A DNA stretch of 64,000 bases. Origin: a virus (taxonomy: Duplodnaviria; Caudoviricetes). The stretch lies in IMG/VR virus record IMGVR_UViG_3300023174_003901, positions 128,001 to 192,000 of that record; one strand, written 5' to 3'. The position numbers were made by a program, and so were the translations under genes. This document shows, piece by piece, positions 19,401-27,650 of this stretch. How positions within the stretch are numbered: the first letter of the stretch is position 1; each line of letters begins with the position of its first letter. The notes beneath the pieces are model-generated. The model was not told the origin of the DNA and ran no database searches. It was given only the letters and a program-made list of their open reading frames with translations.

Positions 19401-20546
19401 TTTCTTTGTGGGAATGTATCCTGAGGCTTCCTCCAATGGCACATGGGCAAACATCTCAGGATGTTTCTCTGCCCAGTGACGCATGATGCGACCTGCCATG
19501 GCATTGGCTTCATCTTCATAGGGACTGCCTGTCTCTCCGGCATTGTCGGGTAGTTTTTGTTTCTCTGCTTGCTTGCGATGTGTAAACTCATGGGCCATGG
19601 TTCGCAGGATGTCTAGAGTGTGGCGGCCTGCTGTGGCCAAGTGTAGCACATTGTTTTCGGGCTCATATTGACCAAACGATCCTGTCTGTTCACTCCAGTC
19701 TGTGCTGGTATGCAATTCAATACGGGGTGATTTCTTGATACCCAGGTACTCTATACAACTCTGTGCAAACTGATTGATAGTGTCTTGTAGTCCATCTTCA
19801 GACTCTGTGGTAAAGCCATAAGTCACATGTGGCTTGGCACGTTCATCAATACTGAGTTCTTGGTCCTTGGCAGCATTTCTGGCATCTACTAACTTTTGAA
19901 TATAACCTTGTGTGCGCAACATCTTGAATGCAAGATTCTCAGGACCAAACTCGCCATGCTCATCAAGACCGCTTTGGCGTAGTTGTCGAATCTTGGCCAT
20001 CAAATCAGCCATGACCGCATGGTCTTGAGTCTTGATAGCATCTTGGATGCGTTGTTTTAAATCTTGATACTTGCTACGAGTGTTTTGATCCACAACATCA
20101 GCACGTTGACGACGTGGTACTTGAATCCAGTCGTTGCGGAGCAAACTGTATTCACCTTGTGTCACATGTGGTTGGTCTACATCTTGCACATACAGTTCAA
20201 CATCATAGCCGCCAATCTTGATGTTGTGCTGATTGTTATATGCGTACTTTTTGGCATCAAACAATTCACGATATACCTCATCATTGGGTATGTCAACCAC
20301 AAGGTGCAGGTCTATGTCTGAATTGGGGGTATATGTGTAAGCGGCGTTTGATCCGCTGAGTGTGATGTCTTTTAGATCGAGATCTTTCACGCCCAGTGTT
20401 GCACGAAAATCATCTGCAATTTTCATCAGTGCGTCACGCACTTGGGGCTTCAAATGCTCGTCCTGGCCCCATATTCGGGGGTTTAGACGAGCATTGAATT
20501 TTACAGCGTCGGAAAGTTTATAGCGGTCTAACTCATGGAGATTCAT
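16449..20546 (-). CDS. 1365-aa polyprotein: Pol-beta-like nucleotidyltransferase, HExxH metallopeptidase, amidoligase (COOH-NH2 ligase), C-terminal repeats
   Basis: LSGSNA...SDIDLHL...VELY; TMAHEFTH...EDEAN; GMEFE...EPDGSL...LEFVSPP...TNDSTGLHINIS...IEFRSPG; TAAATA 5 nt upstream of the ATG. Confidence 0.8.
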   Translation of the reverse strand: MNLHELDRYKLSDAVKFNARLNPRIWGQDEHLKPQVRDALMKIADDFRATLGVKDLDLKDITLSGSNAAYTYTPNSDIDLHLVVDIPNDEVYRELFDAKKYAYNNQHNIKIGGYDVELYVQDVDQPHVTQGEYSLLRNDWIQVPRRQRADVVDQNTRSKYQDLKQRIQDAIKTQDHAVMADLMAKIRQLRQSGLDEHGEFGPENLAFKMLRTQGYIQKLVDARNAAKDQELSIDERAKPHVTYGFTTESEDGLQDTINQFAQSCIEYLGIKKSPRIELHTSTDWSEQTGSFGQYEPENNVLHLATAGRHTLDILRTMAHEFTHRKQAEKQKLPDNAGETGSPYEDEANAMAGRIMRHWAEKHPEMFAHVPLEEASGYIPTKKQARDPRFIMALTRDVRPGAVGKEANKLGLQTDAQGRPALLTAKLNESLAEELAQFKQQDLFEINMGSKNLRREAAKTGAIAGMEFEMIVPNVEGGSGDADQEPDYDYDQRCRSIQDAYDFFYDGDWNSRRSCDEMRDSMRNDYTEWLDQKISDDWDSGGEEYIYQWVKENVDESEWNPEEKSDLERTEALEEYAANVHADPVSDQYQTAYEEFREENQESYDESDWLDGADLSNMSEIENAYSMSWPHWSDPQSGGEASIEDVAQEFENAIGRDVRASGNYHSGSTIRPSPTQIRYVVEPDGSLEPDDPNDQGLEFVSPPLPIDEILSDLNKVKRWAKEYGCYTNDSTGLHINISVPDYSRENLDFVKLALLMGDKYVLDAFGRSGNTYAKSALDIVKRAVRDNPDNAAQLLDKMKGNLDQLASKAIHSGITSKYTSINTKDGHIEFRSPGGDWLDENFDKIENTLLRFTVAMSAALNPEMYRQEYLTKLYKMLTENNRDDDTIKYFSDYVAGKIPKAALRSFIKQAQLQRNIKRGKTDGQKMWWKVYKYGKNAGQYSYTVEVVATSEEEAKQKAAKEWGEPLLVNTLAQMDAEVLRPYDEQPDKPGAPQTGTGTYELFDRRTGEAVPDTEFSARNQSDVNTRLDDYINFGPHGIGTVDARLLFGARPVDGSGNTDQDAASNPLRPTGPGPWEVYNRQTGNSTVNLLQGGQPITDRGAAQRQAMALISTGRHDLYGVRTRGTGSGANVGTQTDMENRLGLPSQSTNANYAVVDRFNTNPVFRFRADDRRDANRIYGEWLAAAGLPTTTEDYGFQEIRPQPSQIPRDWRIVDRETDETLNTVRGASQDQALAVRDDTARRHGVDARQLSLQVIFNPVAAQQEIPEVPMDVAQNFPDRTNGRNTDYSFRDLFGTTDQASSAPPGNSFSGQWRVMIDGEEVWRFRGVGNNQADANRIAQTWLQDQRRQGSLSPAPGADIEVLPVMI

Positions 20547-20560
20547 GAGTGTATTTACCG

Positions 20561-21499
20561 TTAAGCGGCTTTGGTGGCCTTGACTTTCTTATCTGCCTTT
20601 TTATCTACTTTTTTGCTGGTTGCAATCACTTTTGCTTCCACAGGCACCGCAGTTGTTTGTGCGGCAGCGGCAGCAATCTGATTGTTCACAGCAATTTCAT
20701 GCAGGTCTTGATACAGTTTGTCCTGTGTTTGATAGTCAAACACATAGGTACCTGTATGTCGGAGCAACACACGGCGATCAATCCAGACTTGGCCACCCAG
20801 GTCACGCCAGTTTTCACAGAATGTCCAGTCTTCTGAGTAGTAACGATTTTCACGCACTGCTGTGTCAAAGTAGGTTTTCATGTAAGGGTTAAGAACAGGG
20901 TCCAGACCAATATCATTGGTAAATGGCTTCACAGCAGGGTGTGCATTGAGTTTCTCAAACACTTCACGCTTCATGAGCAAGAAGCCCGTGCCGGTCTTGG
21001 TAACTTCAACCAAGCCTGATGGATCATCTTGTGGTGTGCCAGGAATGCCGTTCACGCACCATTTCACTGGCAACGACTTCATTGGATACAATCCGCCTAC
21101 CACATCCTTTTGATGGTTCAACATGGCCAACAAGTGCCAGGGCTCCCAACCAATGTCAGCGTCAATAAACATCAAGTGTGTGGATTCTTTTGTGTGCAAG
21201 AACTTGGCAGTGAGTGTGTTACGTGCGCGGCTAATAAGTGATTCATTAGTCATGGTTTCTACTGTCCAATCAATGCCCAGTTGACGAGCAGTGTTAGCCC
21301 ACTTGATATAACTCATGAATGTTGATTCAGTCAGCATACCACCATAACATGGCATGCAAATATGCACTCGTGTGGTTTTCAAATAATCAAGATTTACTTG
21401 AATTTGGTTCTGTGGTTGTCCATTTGGAGTTTCCTGCGGTGCCAATGGCACGTCTGAAGGCAGTGTGGCTGGGGGTGTGGTTCCGGTTTGGGTTATCAT
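20561..21499 (-). CDS. GT-A-fold glycosyltransferase-like protein
   Basis: HICMPCYGG, ESLISRARN, LMFIDADIGW (DxD), GTGFLLMKREVF, YYSEDWTFC, LRHTG. Confidence 0.75.
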   Translation of the reverse strand: MITQTGTTPPATLPSDVPLAPQETPNGQPQNQIQVNLDYLKTTRVHICMPCYGGMLTESTFMSYIKWANTARQLGIDWTVETMTNESLISRARNTLTAKFLHTKESTHLMFIDADIGWEPWHLLAMLNHQKDVVGGLYPMKSLPVKWCVNGIPGTPQDDPSGLVEVTKTGTGFLLMKREVFEKLNAHPAVKPFTNDIGLDPVLNPYMKTYFDTAVRENRYYSEDWTFCENWRDLGGQVWIDRRVLLRHTGTYVFDYQTQDKLYQDLHEIAVNNQIAAAAAQTTAVPVEAKVIATSKKVDKKADKKVKATKAA

Positions 21500-21548
21500 A
21501 AGTTCCTCGTTAAAATTGTATAATATTTAACGAGTTTAGCACAGGGCG

Positions 21549-22586
21549 TTATTTTTTGCGACCTGCACAATGAGCACGTTGACTAAAACCTCGAGGATTG
21601 GCACAATTGATACTGCTCTTGTACTTTTGACTCCACTTTTCTTCTATGTAGTCTTCACTGACCGGAGTATCTGCGGCAGTCCATTCAAAATCACTGTCAC
21701 GCACTCCAAACTTTTTGCTGAGTTTGGCCAGTAGTGCATCCAGTACTGTTGCGGGCACATTCTTGGCCACCACACGCCGGCCACTACTGCGAGGATCAGG
21801 ACGATAGAATATGTCAATTCGTTTGGGATTAACATTGTGTGTTTCATCTACATTGTTGCTGTTCAATTGGTCTTCAATATCACTGCCAATTTCGTGTCCG
21901 GCCACACGCATGCCCAGTGTGCCCATGGTTCCAAGTTCTGTGGCGGCGGCCAGTCTTCCGCCCAAGGCCGCACCCAGTGCAGGTAAGAATTCATTCAGTT
22001 GTTCACCAATGGCTGTGTCCAACATTTTAACAACTGTGGCTGCCAGTTTAGGATTGGTTTGTGTTTTGGGATAAAGGCTCATTACCAAGGCTGTCTTGCG
22101 TTTGTCATTCAGTGTGGGCCAGGCAGTACGAATTTCTGTAGCCGACGTCATGCCAGGACCAAACTCCACAGTGGGCAAGTAAGTCATGTAAGCGTGTCGG
22201 TTCATGGGATAAAGAACGTCTTGTCCTGCCAGTGGTTGCAGATACGCTGGGTTGCCATCTTTTTTGATGCCACCTGCTTGTGGCGGCTTGTTGGCGTCTT
22301 TTTCTGAACGCACAAATATCAATTGTGTATCTTCGGGATTGTAATTTTTGGTAATTTCTTCAGCACGAAATGGTGATTTAACTTGATAAAAGTCTCCGGG
22401 CTTGACTCCAGCCAACTGGGCTAGTTTTTCTTTTATTTTAAAAGGAAACGGACGCTGACTTGTGTCATTGGTGGCAGCCACTTTGATATCGGCACCAGGA
22501 AACGCTTCTTGTGCAGATTGATAAAGTGCGTGGTGTCCGGCGTGAAAAGGATGAAATCCGCCAGGCATGATAACCAATTGTTTCAT
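21549..22586 (-). CDS. HIGH-superfamily (cytidylyltransferase-like) domain followed by cleavable modules
   Basis: PGGFHPFHAGH, FVRSEKD, TSATEIR; then QLNEF, NVDET and YIEEK linkers. The real start MKQLVIM lies 5 nt after TAAATA. Confidence 0.7.
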   Translation of the reverse strand: MKQLVIMPGGFHPFHAGHHALYQSAQEAFPGADIKVAATNDTSQRPFPFKIKEKLAQLAGVKPGDFYQVKSPFRAEEITKNYNPEDTQLIFVRSEKDANKPPQAGGIKKDGNPAYLQPLAGQDVLYPMNRHAYMTYLPTVEFGPGMTSATEIRTAWPTLNDKRKTALVMSLYPKTQTNPKLAATVVKMLDTAIGEQLNEFLPALGAALGGRLAAATELGTMGTLGMRVAGHEIGSDIEDQLNSNNVDETHNVNPKRIDIFYRPDPRSSGRRVVAKNVPATVLDALLAKLSKKFGVRDSDFEWTAADTPVSEDYIEEKWSQKYKSSINCANPRGFSQRAHCAGRKK

Positions 22587-22600
22587 ACCTGTATTTAGCG

Positions 22601-23035
22601 TTACATGTTTTCCAAAAGCCACAAGTACACAGGCGTGGCAAATTCTAACTCAATTGTGCCATTGCAACCCATATCGCCAAAGAATTGATCTTGGATTTCG
22701 GGACCTGTACCATTGAGATTGTGTCGATAAACAGCATGGTCATGAACAATTTGTGTACAATCAATTTCGTCAAACAAAATTTCAGTCACGCTTAATAATG
22801 AATCAGACACAATGTTGCCTTGATCATCAACTTGGGTATGTTCAGGTAGTTTGTTTTTTAGTGTGATACGCAATGAGTGCTTGCCATCGTCATCACTGAA
22901 TTCATGCGCAACAACTGTAGGATCGTTCACGTGATCCTGATCAAACACACAGGTATTGTCAATCCACACTTCACAACCCAGTGACATGGCAGTATTACTA
23001 GGGGCCACAACACAGGAAAATTTTACAGTATTCAT
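22601..23035 (-). CDS. hypothetical protein
   Basis: 144 aa ORF within the operon. Confidence 0.6.
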   Translation of the reverse strand: MNTVKFSCVVAPSNTAMSLGCEVWIDNTCVFDQDHVNDPTVVAHEFSDDDGKHSLRITLKNKLPEHTQVDDQGNIVSDSLLSVTEILFDEIDCTQIVHDHAVYRHNLNGTGPEIQDQFFGDMGCNGTIELEFATPVYLWLLENM

Positions 23036-23038
23036 AGT

Positions 23039-23416
23039 TTAATAGGTTGCTGAAACTAGTTCAATTGTGCCATCGGTGAAATTTGTGATCACAGCACGTA
23101 GCCAAGTAAAATTGCCCAGCACACTGTCGTAGTGTACATCAGTGATTGTGGTAGAATCTGCTGTGCTGCCGTCGCCGTAACTGGTCACATCAAACCACTG
23201 AACTGTGGCAGGATCTTGGTCCAAGGTGGCTTGTATAGTTACATCACCTTGTACCCCGAGAAAACGCCACTGGATTGTTTGCACACCACCACGCCCGCGA
23301 TAGTAATTGGCTGCCTTTTGTGGGTCACCAATAAAGTCCTCACTGGATCCATCATAGTTGCCCGAAGGCACACCATGCGTGGTTGAAGCCAACAGGGTCA
23401 CAGTGGTTGTGGCCAT
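23039..23416 (-). CDS. hypothetical beta-rich, probably structural protein
   Basis: T/G/S-rich composition; late operon. Confidence 0.55.
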   Translation of the reverse strand: MATTTVTLLASTTHGVPSGNYDGSSEDFIGDPQKAANYYRGRGGVQTIQWRFLGVQGDVTIQATLDQDPATVQWFDVTSYGDGSTADSTTITDVHYDSVLGNFTWLRAVITNFTDGTIELVSATY

Positions 23417-23580
23417 TATGCTCGTTCAACTTCCACAATGATACCTGCACCTGTCAGTTCTTCCACAACTGCTTGTAGGGCTGTTACTGTGTCGTCGCTG
23501 ACAATTTCAGTGCCTGCATCCAAATCTTTGACCAATTTTGATAGTTTGATCACAACTATTTCTTCGATGATTTTTGCCAT
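23416..23580 (-). CDS. 54-aa hypothetical protein (missing from the ORF track)
   Basis: MAKIIEEIVVIKLSKLVKDLDAGTEIVSDDTVTALQAVVEELTGAGIIVEVERA*; TAAATA 7 nt upstream; TAATG coupling to the next gene. Confidence 0.7.
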   Translation of the reverse strand: MAKIIEEIVVIKLSKLVKDLDAGTEIVSDDTVTALQAVVEELTGAGIIVEVERA

Positions 23581-23590
23581 AGTACACTAT

Positions 23591-24235
23591 TTAGCCGCGG
23601 GCCACAATGGGCAGGGTCTTTTTTACAATGCCCGGAACTGCCATGTTAATCAGAAAATCTGCTTGGGGCTCGTTGTGGTCCACAAAATAGTTGCCCATGA
23701 GCCACATGCGTCGGCCTTCTACTAGCATTTGAAATCCTGGACTCAGTCTAAATTGATCTGGTCTAGCCTGAAAGTACCCACGAAGATTTTGAAGTTCGTG
23801 GTCTCTCAGCCAACGTTCTCGAAAGAATGTTCTGTAACTGTGTCGGGGATTCTTTAGAGTGACCGCATCGGGCTGTAAACTCACACTGACCTGGGTGCAA
23901 TTAGTAACCACTAGTCCACCAACACCATTGAGATTCTTAAAATCCGCAGGATGGTTGGTGTAAAGATACATGGCATGTGTGCTGACTGTGCGTTTGAAAG
24001 GATTCGGACGACACAGCAAGTAGTCACACACACCAATCAAATCATGCTGTTCTTCTTCGGTTATTTTTTGTCGAAAATTCCCTGACGGCGGCCATGCATT
24101 GCGATAATGTATAGATTTTAAAGCCTTGATAGGATCCAAAACTCTCAGCACATTAACGTTCTTTAAGAAAAAAGAGATGCAGTAATGATACTGTCCAAAG
24201 AACAGTTGATTGCGTTCAATCGGCTTAAACTTCAT
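23591..24235 (-). CDS. hypothetical protein
   Basis: Probable start MKFKPIERN, just inside the clpA 3' end. Confidence 0.55.
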   Translation of the reverse strand: MKFKPIERNQLFFGQYHYCISFFLKNVNVLRVLDPIKALKSIHYRNAWPPSGNFRQKITEEEQHDLIGVCDYLLCRPNPFKRTVSTHAMYLYTNHPADFKNLNGVGGLVVTNCTQVSVSLQPDAVTLKNPRHSYRTFFRERWLRDHELQNLRGYFQARPDQFRLSPGFQMLVEGRRMWLMGNYFVDHNEPQADFLINMAVPGIVKKTLPIVARG

Positions 24236-26519
24236 TGGCAATCCTGATAATGCCATCATCTCCTACTATAGTATCCGCTCTGGGCGTGATATCAAAATGC
24301 ACAGCGTCATCTGCCATGGTAGCCATGATATCACAATCGCTCAGGCGCTCAAACAAGATCTTCTTGGATAGCGGTACACGAATAAGTTCGTCAATTTTAC
24401 GACTGAGTGGTCTCGCACCCATCTTCGAATCATAGCCCTTGAGAGCAAGCATGTCAACGACTGATTCGGAAAGATTGAGACGTATACCTTTTGTATGCAA
24501 ACTTGTCTTGAGTTCGTCCACAAACTTGACCACAACTTTCTTGATGGCCAAGGTGTCCAGTTTGACAAACTTGCAGATTTGATCGATACGATTACGTAGT
24601 TCGGGTTTAAAAAAGTTCTTAAGTGCTTTATCATCTTCGCCTGTCTTTTCAAAACTACCAAATCCAATGTTGTTGGCTTCTGAATCCTGTGAGCCCAAGT
24701 TTGATGTCATAATAATGATACAGTTCTTGACATCTACCCGCTTGCCATTGCTTGAAGTAATGTGTCCTTCGTCCAGCATCTGTAGCAGAATGTTTGAAAC
24801 ATCTTGGTGTGCTTTTTCAATTTCGTCAAACAAGATCACAGCAAAAGGATTCTTGCTGATATCTGAAATCAGTTTACCACCACCAATATTGCCATCTTCA
24901 AAGCCCACATAGCCCGGAGGAGCACCAATTAAACTTGATACTGTATGACGCTCTTGATACTCACTCATGTCGTACTTGAGCAGGTGCATGTCTAAGTTTG
25001 CGGCCAGTAGTTTGGCCAATTCTGTTTTACCTGTACCTGTTGGGCCCAGGAACAAGAAACTGGCCATCGGACGATTAGGGTTGCCAATGCCCGAGAAGTT
25101 GATGTACACACGCTCTAGTACAGAGTCTACTGCGCCATCCTGTCCATACAGTTTCTGCTTGATGTTTGATTCAAGATCCACAATCTTGGCAGAACGTTCG
25201 TTCTGCAAGCGATCCACAGGTATACTGGTCACCCGGGCCACTTGTGCCATGATCAAATCTTGGGTCACAGTGAGTTGGCCCTGATCTTTCACACGCTCTC
25301 GAGCACAGGCCGCATCCAACAAGTCAATTGATTTGTCAGGGTTCTTCTTGTCGTGTATGTAACGTCCACTCAGTTCCACTGCGGCGGTCATAGCCTCCGT
25401 GTCAATCAGCACATTATGAAACGTCTCGAGCCTGGGAGATAAACCAATAAGAATTTTCTCTGTGGTGTCACGATCTGGCTCATCGATTGCCAAGCGGTAG
25501 AATCGACGCATAAGCGCCCGATCCTTTTCAAAACTCTCATAGTATTCTTCCCATGTGGTTGACGCTACAACTTTTAAACTGCCCCGGGTGATAGCCGGCT
25601 TTAACATGTTGGCAAAGTCCAAGGCGCCATTTGACCCTGCTCCAGCACCTTGCATGGTGTGTGCTTCGTCAATGAACAAGATACACTTCTTCTTGCTTTC
25701 TAAAGCCTGGATCACCATCTTGAACTTTTCTTCAAACTCGCCGCGGTACTTGCTTCCTGCCAACAGTGACCCGATCTCCAATGACCACACTTCGTGATCC
25801 TTCAAGAATTCAGGCACACGTCCGGCTGAGATTTCTTGTGCTAGGCCTTCCACGATACAAGTTTTGCCCACACCAGGATCGCCCACCATGAGCACATTGG
25901 CCTTGAAGCGTCGAGCCAGCACAGCAATCATTTCTTCCAGTTCAGTAGCACGACCAATCAAGGGTTCCAGTCGATCTTTCTGTGCCATAGCAGTAAGACT
26001 CACACAATGCTCGTCCAGCACTTCGGTGGCCTGACGATCGCTCATACGGTTGGCTTCTCCTTGAGCATAGTTAACTTGCCAGAACTCCACAAACTCCTGT
26101 TTGGTCACTCCGTACTTGAGCAAGAAGTAGTGTGAATGACTGTTGCCTTCGCCCATGAGCGCAAGATACAGGTCCACAGTAGTAACTGATCTCCGTCCGG
26201 TAAACAGCACCTGTGTCAAGGCACGATTAAATGTGCGTTCCAGGGCTGTGGTTTTCCTGGGCGTGATATCTGGGTCAGTTGACACTAGACTTTGACAACT
26301 GTCTAAGTAAGCACACAGTTCGGTTTCGAACATGGCCACATCTGTGCCAAATTTAGTTAGGCAGCGACGAAATGGTTCGTGTCTAATAAGGCTCAGTAAC
26401 ACATGTTCAGTCAACACATATTCGTGTTGCCAGGTGCGGGCAATTTTGACCGCGTTTTCGATAATACTTTCAATTTCTGGGTTGTGTTGCATGTGATTGT
26501 GTCCTGAAGAGGTTGTCAT
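24225..26519 (-). CDS. clpA: ATP-dependent Clp protease ATP-binding subunit (ClpA-like)
   Basis: Clp N-domain; Walker A GDPGVGKT and GPTGTGKT; FIDEAH, LFDEIEKAH, GAPPGYVG, GARPL. Confidence 0.93.
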   Translation of the reverse strand: MTTSSGHNHMQHNPEIESIIENAVKIARTWQHEYVLTEHVLLSLIRHEPFRRCLTKFGTDVAMFETELCAYLDSCQSLVSTDPDITPRKTTALERTFNRALTQVLFTGRRSVTTVDLYLALMGEGNSHSHYFLLKYGVTKQEFVEFWQVNYAQGEANRMSDRQATEVLDEHCVSLTAMAQKDRLEPLIGRATELEEMIAVLARRFKANVLMVGDPGVGKTCIVEGLAQEISAGRVPEFLKDHEVWSLEIGSLLAGSKYRGEFEEKFKMVIQALESKKKCILFIDEAHTMQGAGAGSNGALDFANMLKPAITRGSLKVVASTTWEEYYESFEKDRALMRRFYRLAIDEPDRDTTEKILIGLSPRLETFHNVLIDTEAMTAAVELSGRYIHDKKNPDKSIDLLDAACARERVKDQGQLTVTQDLIMAQVARVTSIPVDRLQNERSAKIVDLESNIKQKLYGQDGAVDSVLERVYINFSGIGNPNRPMASFLFLGPTGTGKTELAKLLAANLDMHLLKYDMSEYQERHTVSSLIGAPPGYVGFEDGNIGGGKLISDISKNPFAVILFDEIEKAHQDVSNILLQMLDEGHITSSNGKRVDVKNCIIIMTSNLGSQDSEANNIGFGSFEKTGEDDKALKNFFKPELRNRIDQICKFVKLDTLAIKKVVVKFVDELKTSLHTKGIRLNLSESVVDMLALKGYDSKMGARPLSRKIDELIRVPLSKKILFERLSDCDIMATMADDAVHFDITPRADTIVGDDGIIRIANEV

Positions 26520-26526
26520 ACAATTG

Positions 26527-26555
26527 ATTATACATGAATAGGGCTGGGCAAGCAA
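26527..26555 (-). promoter_or_regulatory. sigma70-type promoter 7 nt upstream of the clpA ATG
   Basis: Minus strand TTGCTT-17 nt-TATAAT-CAATTGT-ATG. Confidence 0.65.
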
Positions 26556-26573
26556 CCTTTATGGCTCAATTAC

Positions 26574-27365
26574 TTAGCCACCAATTTCTTGTTTGATAGC
26601 AGCCATTAATTCTGGAGAAACTGTGGCGGGCATGGTGGCTTGTAGTCGAACCAACATGTCTCCGCGTGTGCCTGAACGATCCGGTAAACCTCGACCCTTG
26701 GCACGTAGTAGTGTTCCGGGTGCAGTATTGAGAGGAACTGTCAGAGCCAAATGGTTGCCCAGAATGTCTGTGACTGCAACGTCACCTCCGGCGACCAGAC
26801 ACCAAAATGAGACAGGTGCTTCAGTTATCAAAGTGGCACCGTTGCGTTGCCAGCGTGGGTTAGGGTGGATTCGGTAAGTGATCACCAGGTCCTGACCACC
26901 CGGAGCAAGATTGTCGTATTTCACATGATCACCATCTTCGATGCCATTGGGAATGTTTACTTGTACATTGTGTGCGCCTGTATGTGTGCCCATGCTCACA
27001 GTTCTAGGTCCAGGGTAGGCCACATCCTGTAAGGTGATCCAAAGAGTCATTCTTGAGTGTTGAGCACGTGGTGGGTGCTGTTGTTGAAACTTGGCGCCAA
27101 ACATGTCAAATATGGTATTGAAATCAAAGTTGGCATTGAAGTTTGGTCCGCCGCCGAACCCGCCGAACTGTGGTTGTGGTGAGTCATACTGTGACCGTTT
27201 GGCCACATCGCCTAACACATCATAGGCGGCTTGTATTTCTTGAAACTTTTGAGTATCACCACCCTTGTCTGGATGATTTTTACTGGCTAGTTTGCGAAAA
27301 GCCCGTTTGATTTCGTCAGCAGTGGCAGTTCGAGCAACACCTAGCGTTGCATAGTGATCGGGCAT
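26574..27365 (-). CDS. dnaJ: DnaJ/CbpA-like co-chaperone (no Zn finger)
   Basis: J-domain DHYATLGV...HPDKGG...FQEIQAAYDVL; G/F region; C-terminal GRGLP...GDMLV. Confidence 0.92.
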   Translation of the reverse strand: MPDHYATLGVARTATADEIKRAFRKLASKNHPDKGGDTQKFQEIQAAYDVLGDVAKRSQYDSPQPQFGGFGGGPNFNANFDFNTIFDMFGAKFQQQHPPRAQHSRMTLWITLQDVAYPGPRTVSMGTHTGAHNVQVNIPNGIEDGDHVKYDNLAPGGQDLVITYRIHPNPRWQRNGATLITEAPVSFWCLVAGGDVAVTDILGNHLALTVPLNTAPGTLLRAKGRGLPDRSGTRGDMLVRLQATMPATVSPELMAAIKQEIGG

Positions 27366-27368
27366 GAA

Positions 27369-27409
27369 AAAGTCCTGTATGTTTTAATTATACAGGACTT
27401 AGAGGGTAG
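27369..27409 (-). terminator. 11-bp inverted repeat (terminator-like) overlapping a sigma70 promoter upstream of dnaJ
   Basis: AAGTCCTGTAT-N9-ATACAGGACTT followed by TTT; overlaps TAGACA-17-TATAAT. Confidence 0.55.
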
Positions 27410-27415
27410 TGTCTA

Positions 27416-27649
27416 TTATTTCTTTTCGACTTCGAGTTTCTTGTGTTGCTTGACGTCTTTACACGTTTGTTTAACAACACCTTTGGCATCCTTTACAGGC
27501 TGGCCATCTTTGACAACGTCAACACAGACCCGCTTGGTTTCTTTTTGTGCTTTGGCTGCTTCTGCCTTGGCTACGTCTGCTGAGTGTGAGTCAGCGGCCA
27601 ATGCCGGGACACAAAACATTAATCCTGCTACAAATATAATATTTTTCAT
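27416..27649 (-). CDS. small secreted protein
   Basis: Signal-peptide-like MKNIIFVAGLMFCVPALA; two Cys in the mature part. Confidence 0.65.
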   Translation of the reverse strand: MKNIIFVAGLMFCVPALAADSHSADVAKAEAAKAQKETKRVCVDVVKDGQPVKDAKGVVKQTCKDVKQHKKLEVEKK

Positions 27650-27650
27650 T

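Noticed and set aside
27369-27399. CIRCE-like element upstream of dnaJ
   Set aside because: The 9-nt spacer matches, but the arms do not resemble TTAGCACTC/GAGTGCTAA.
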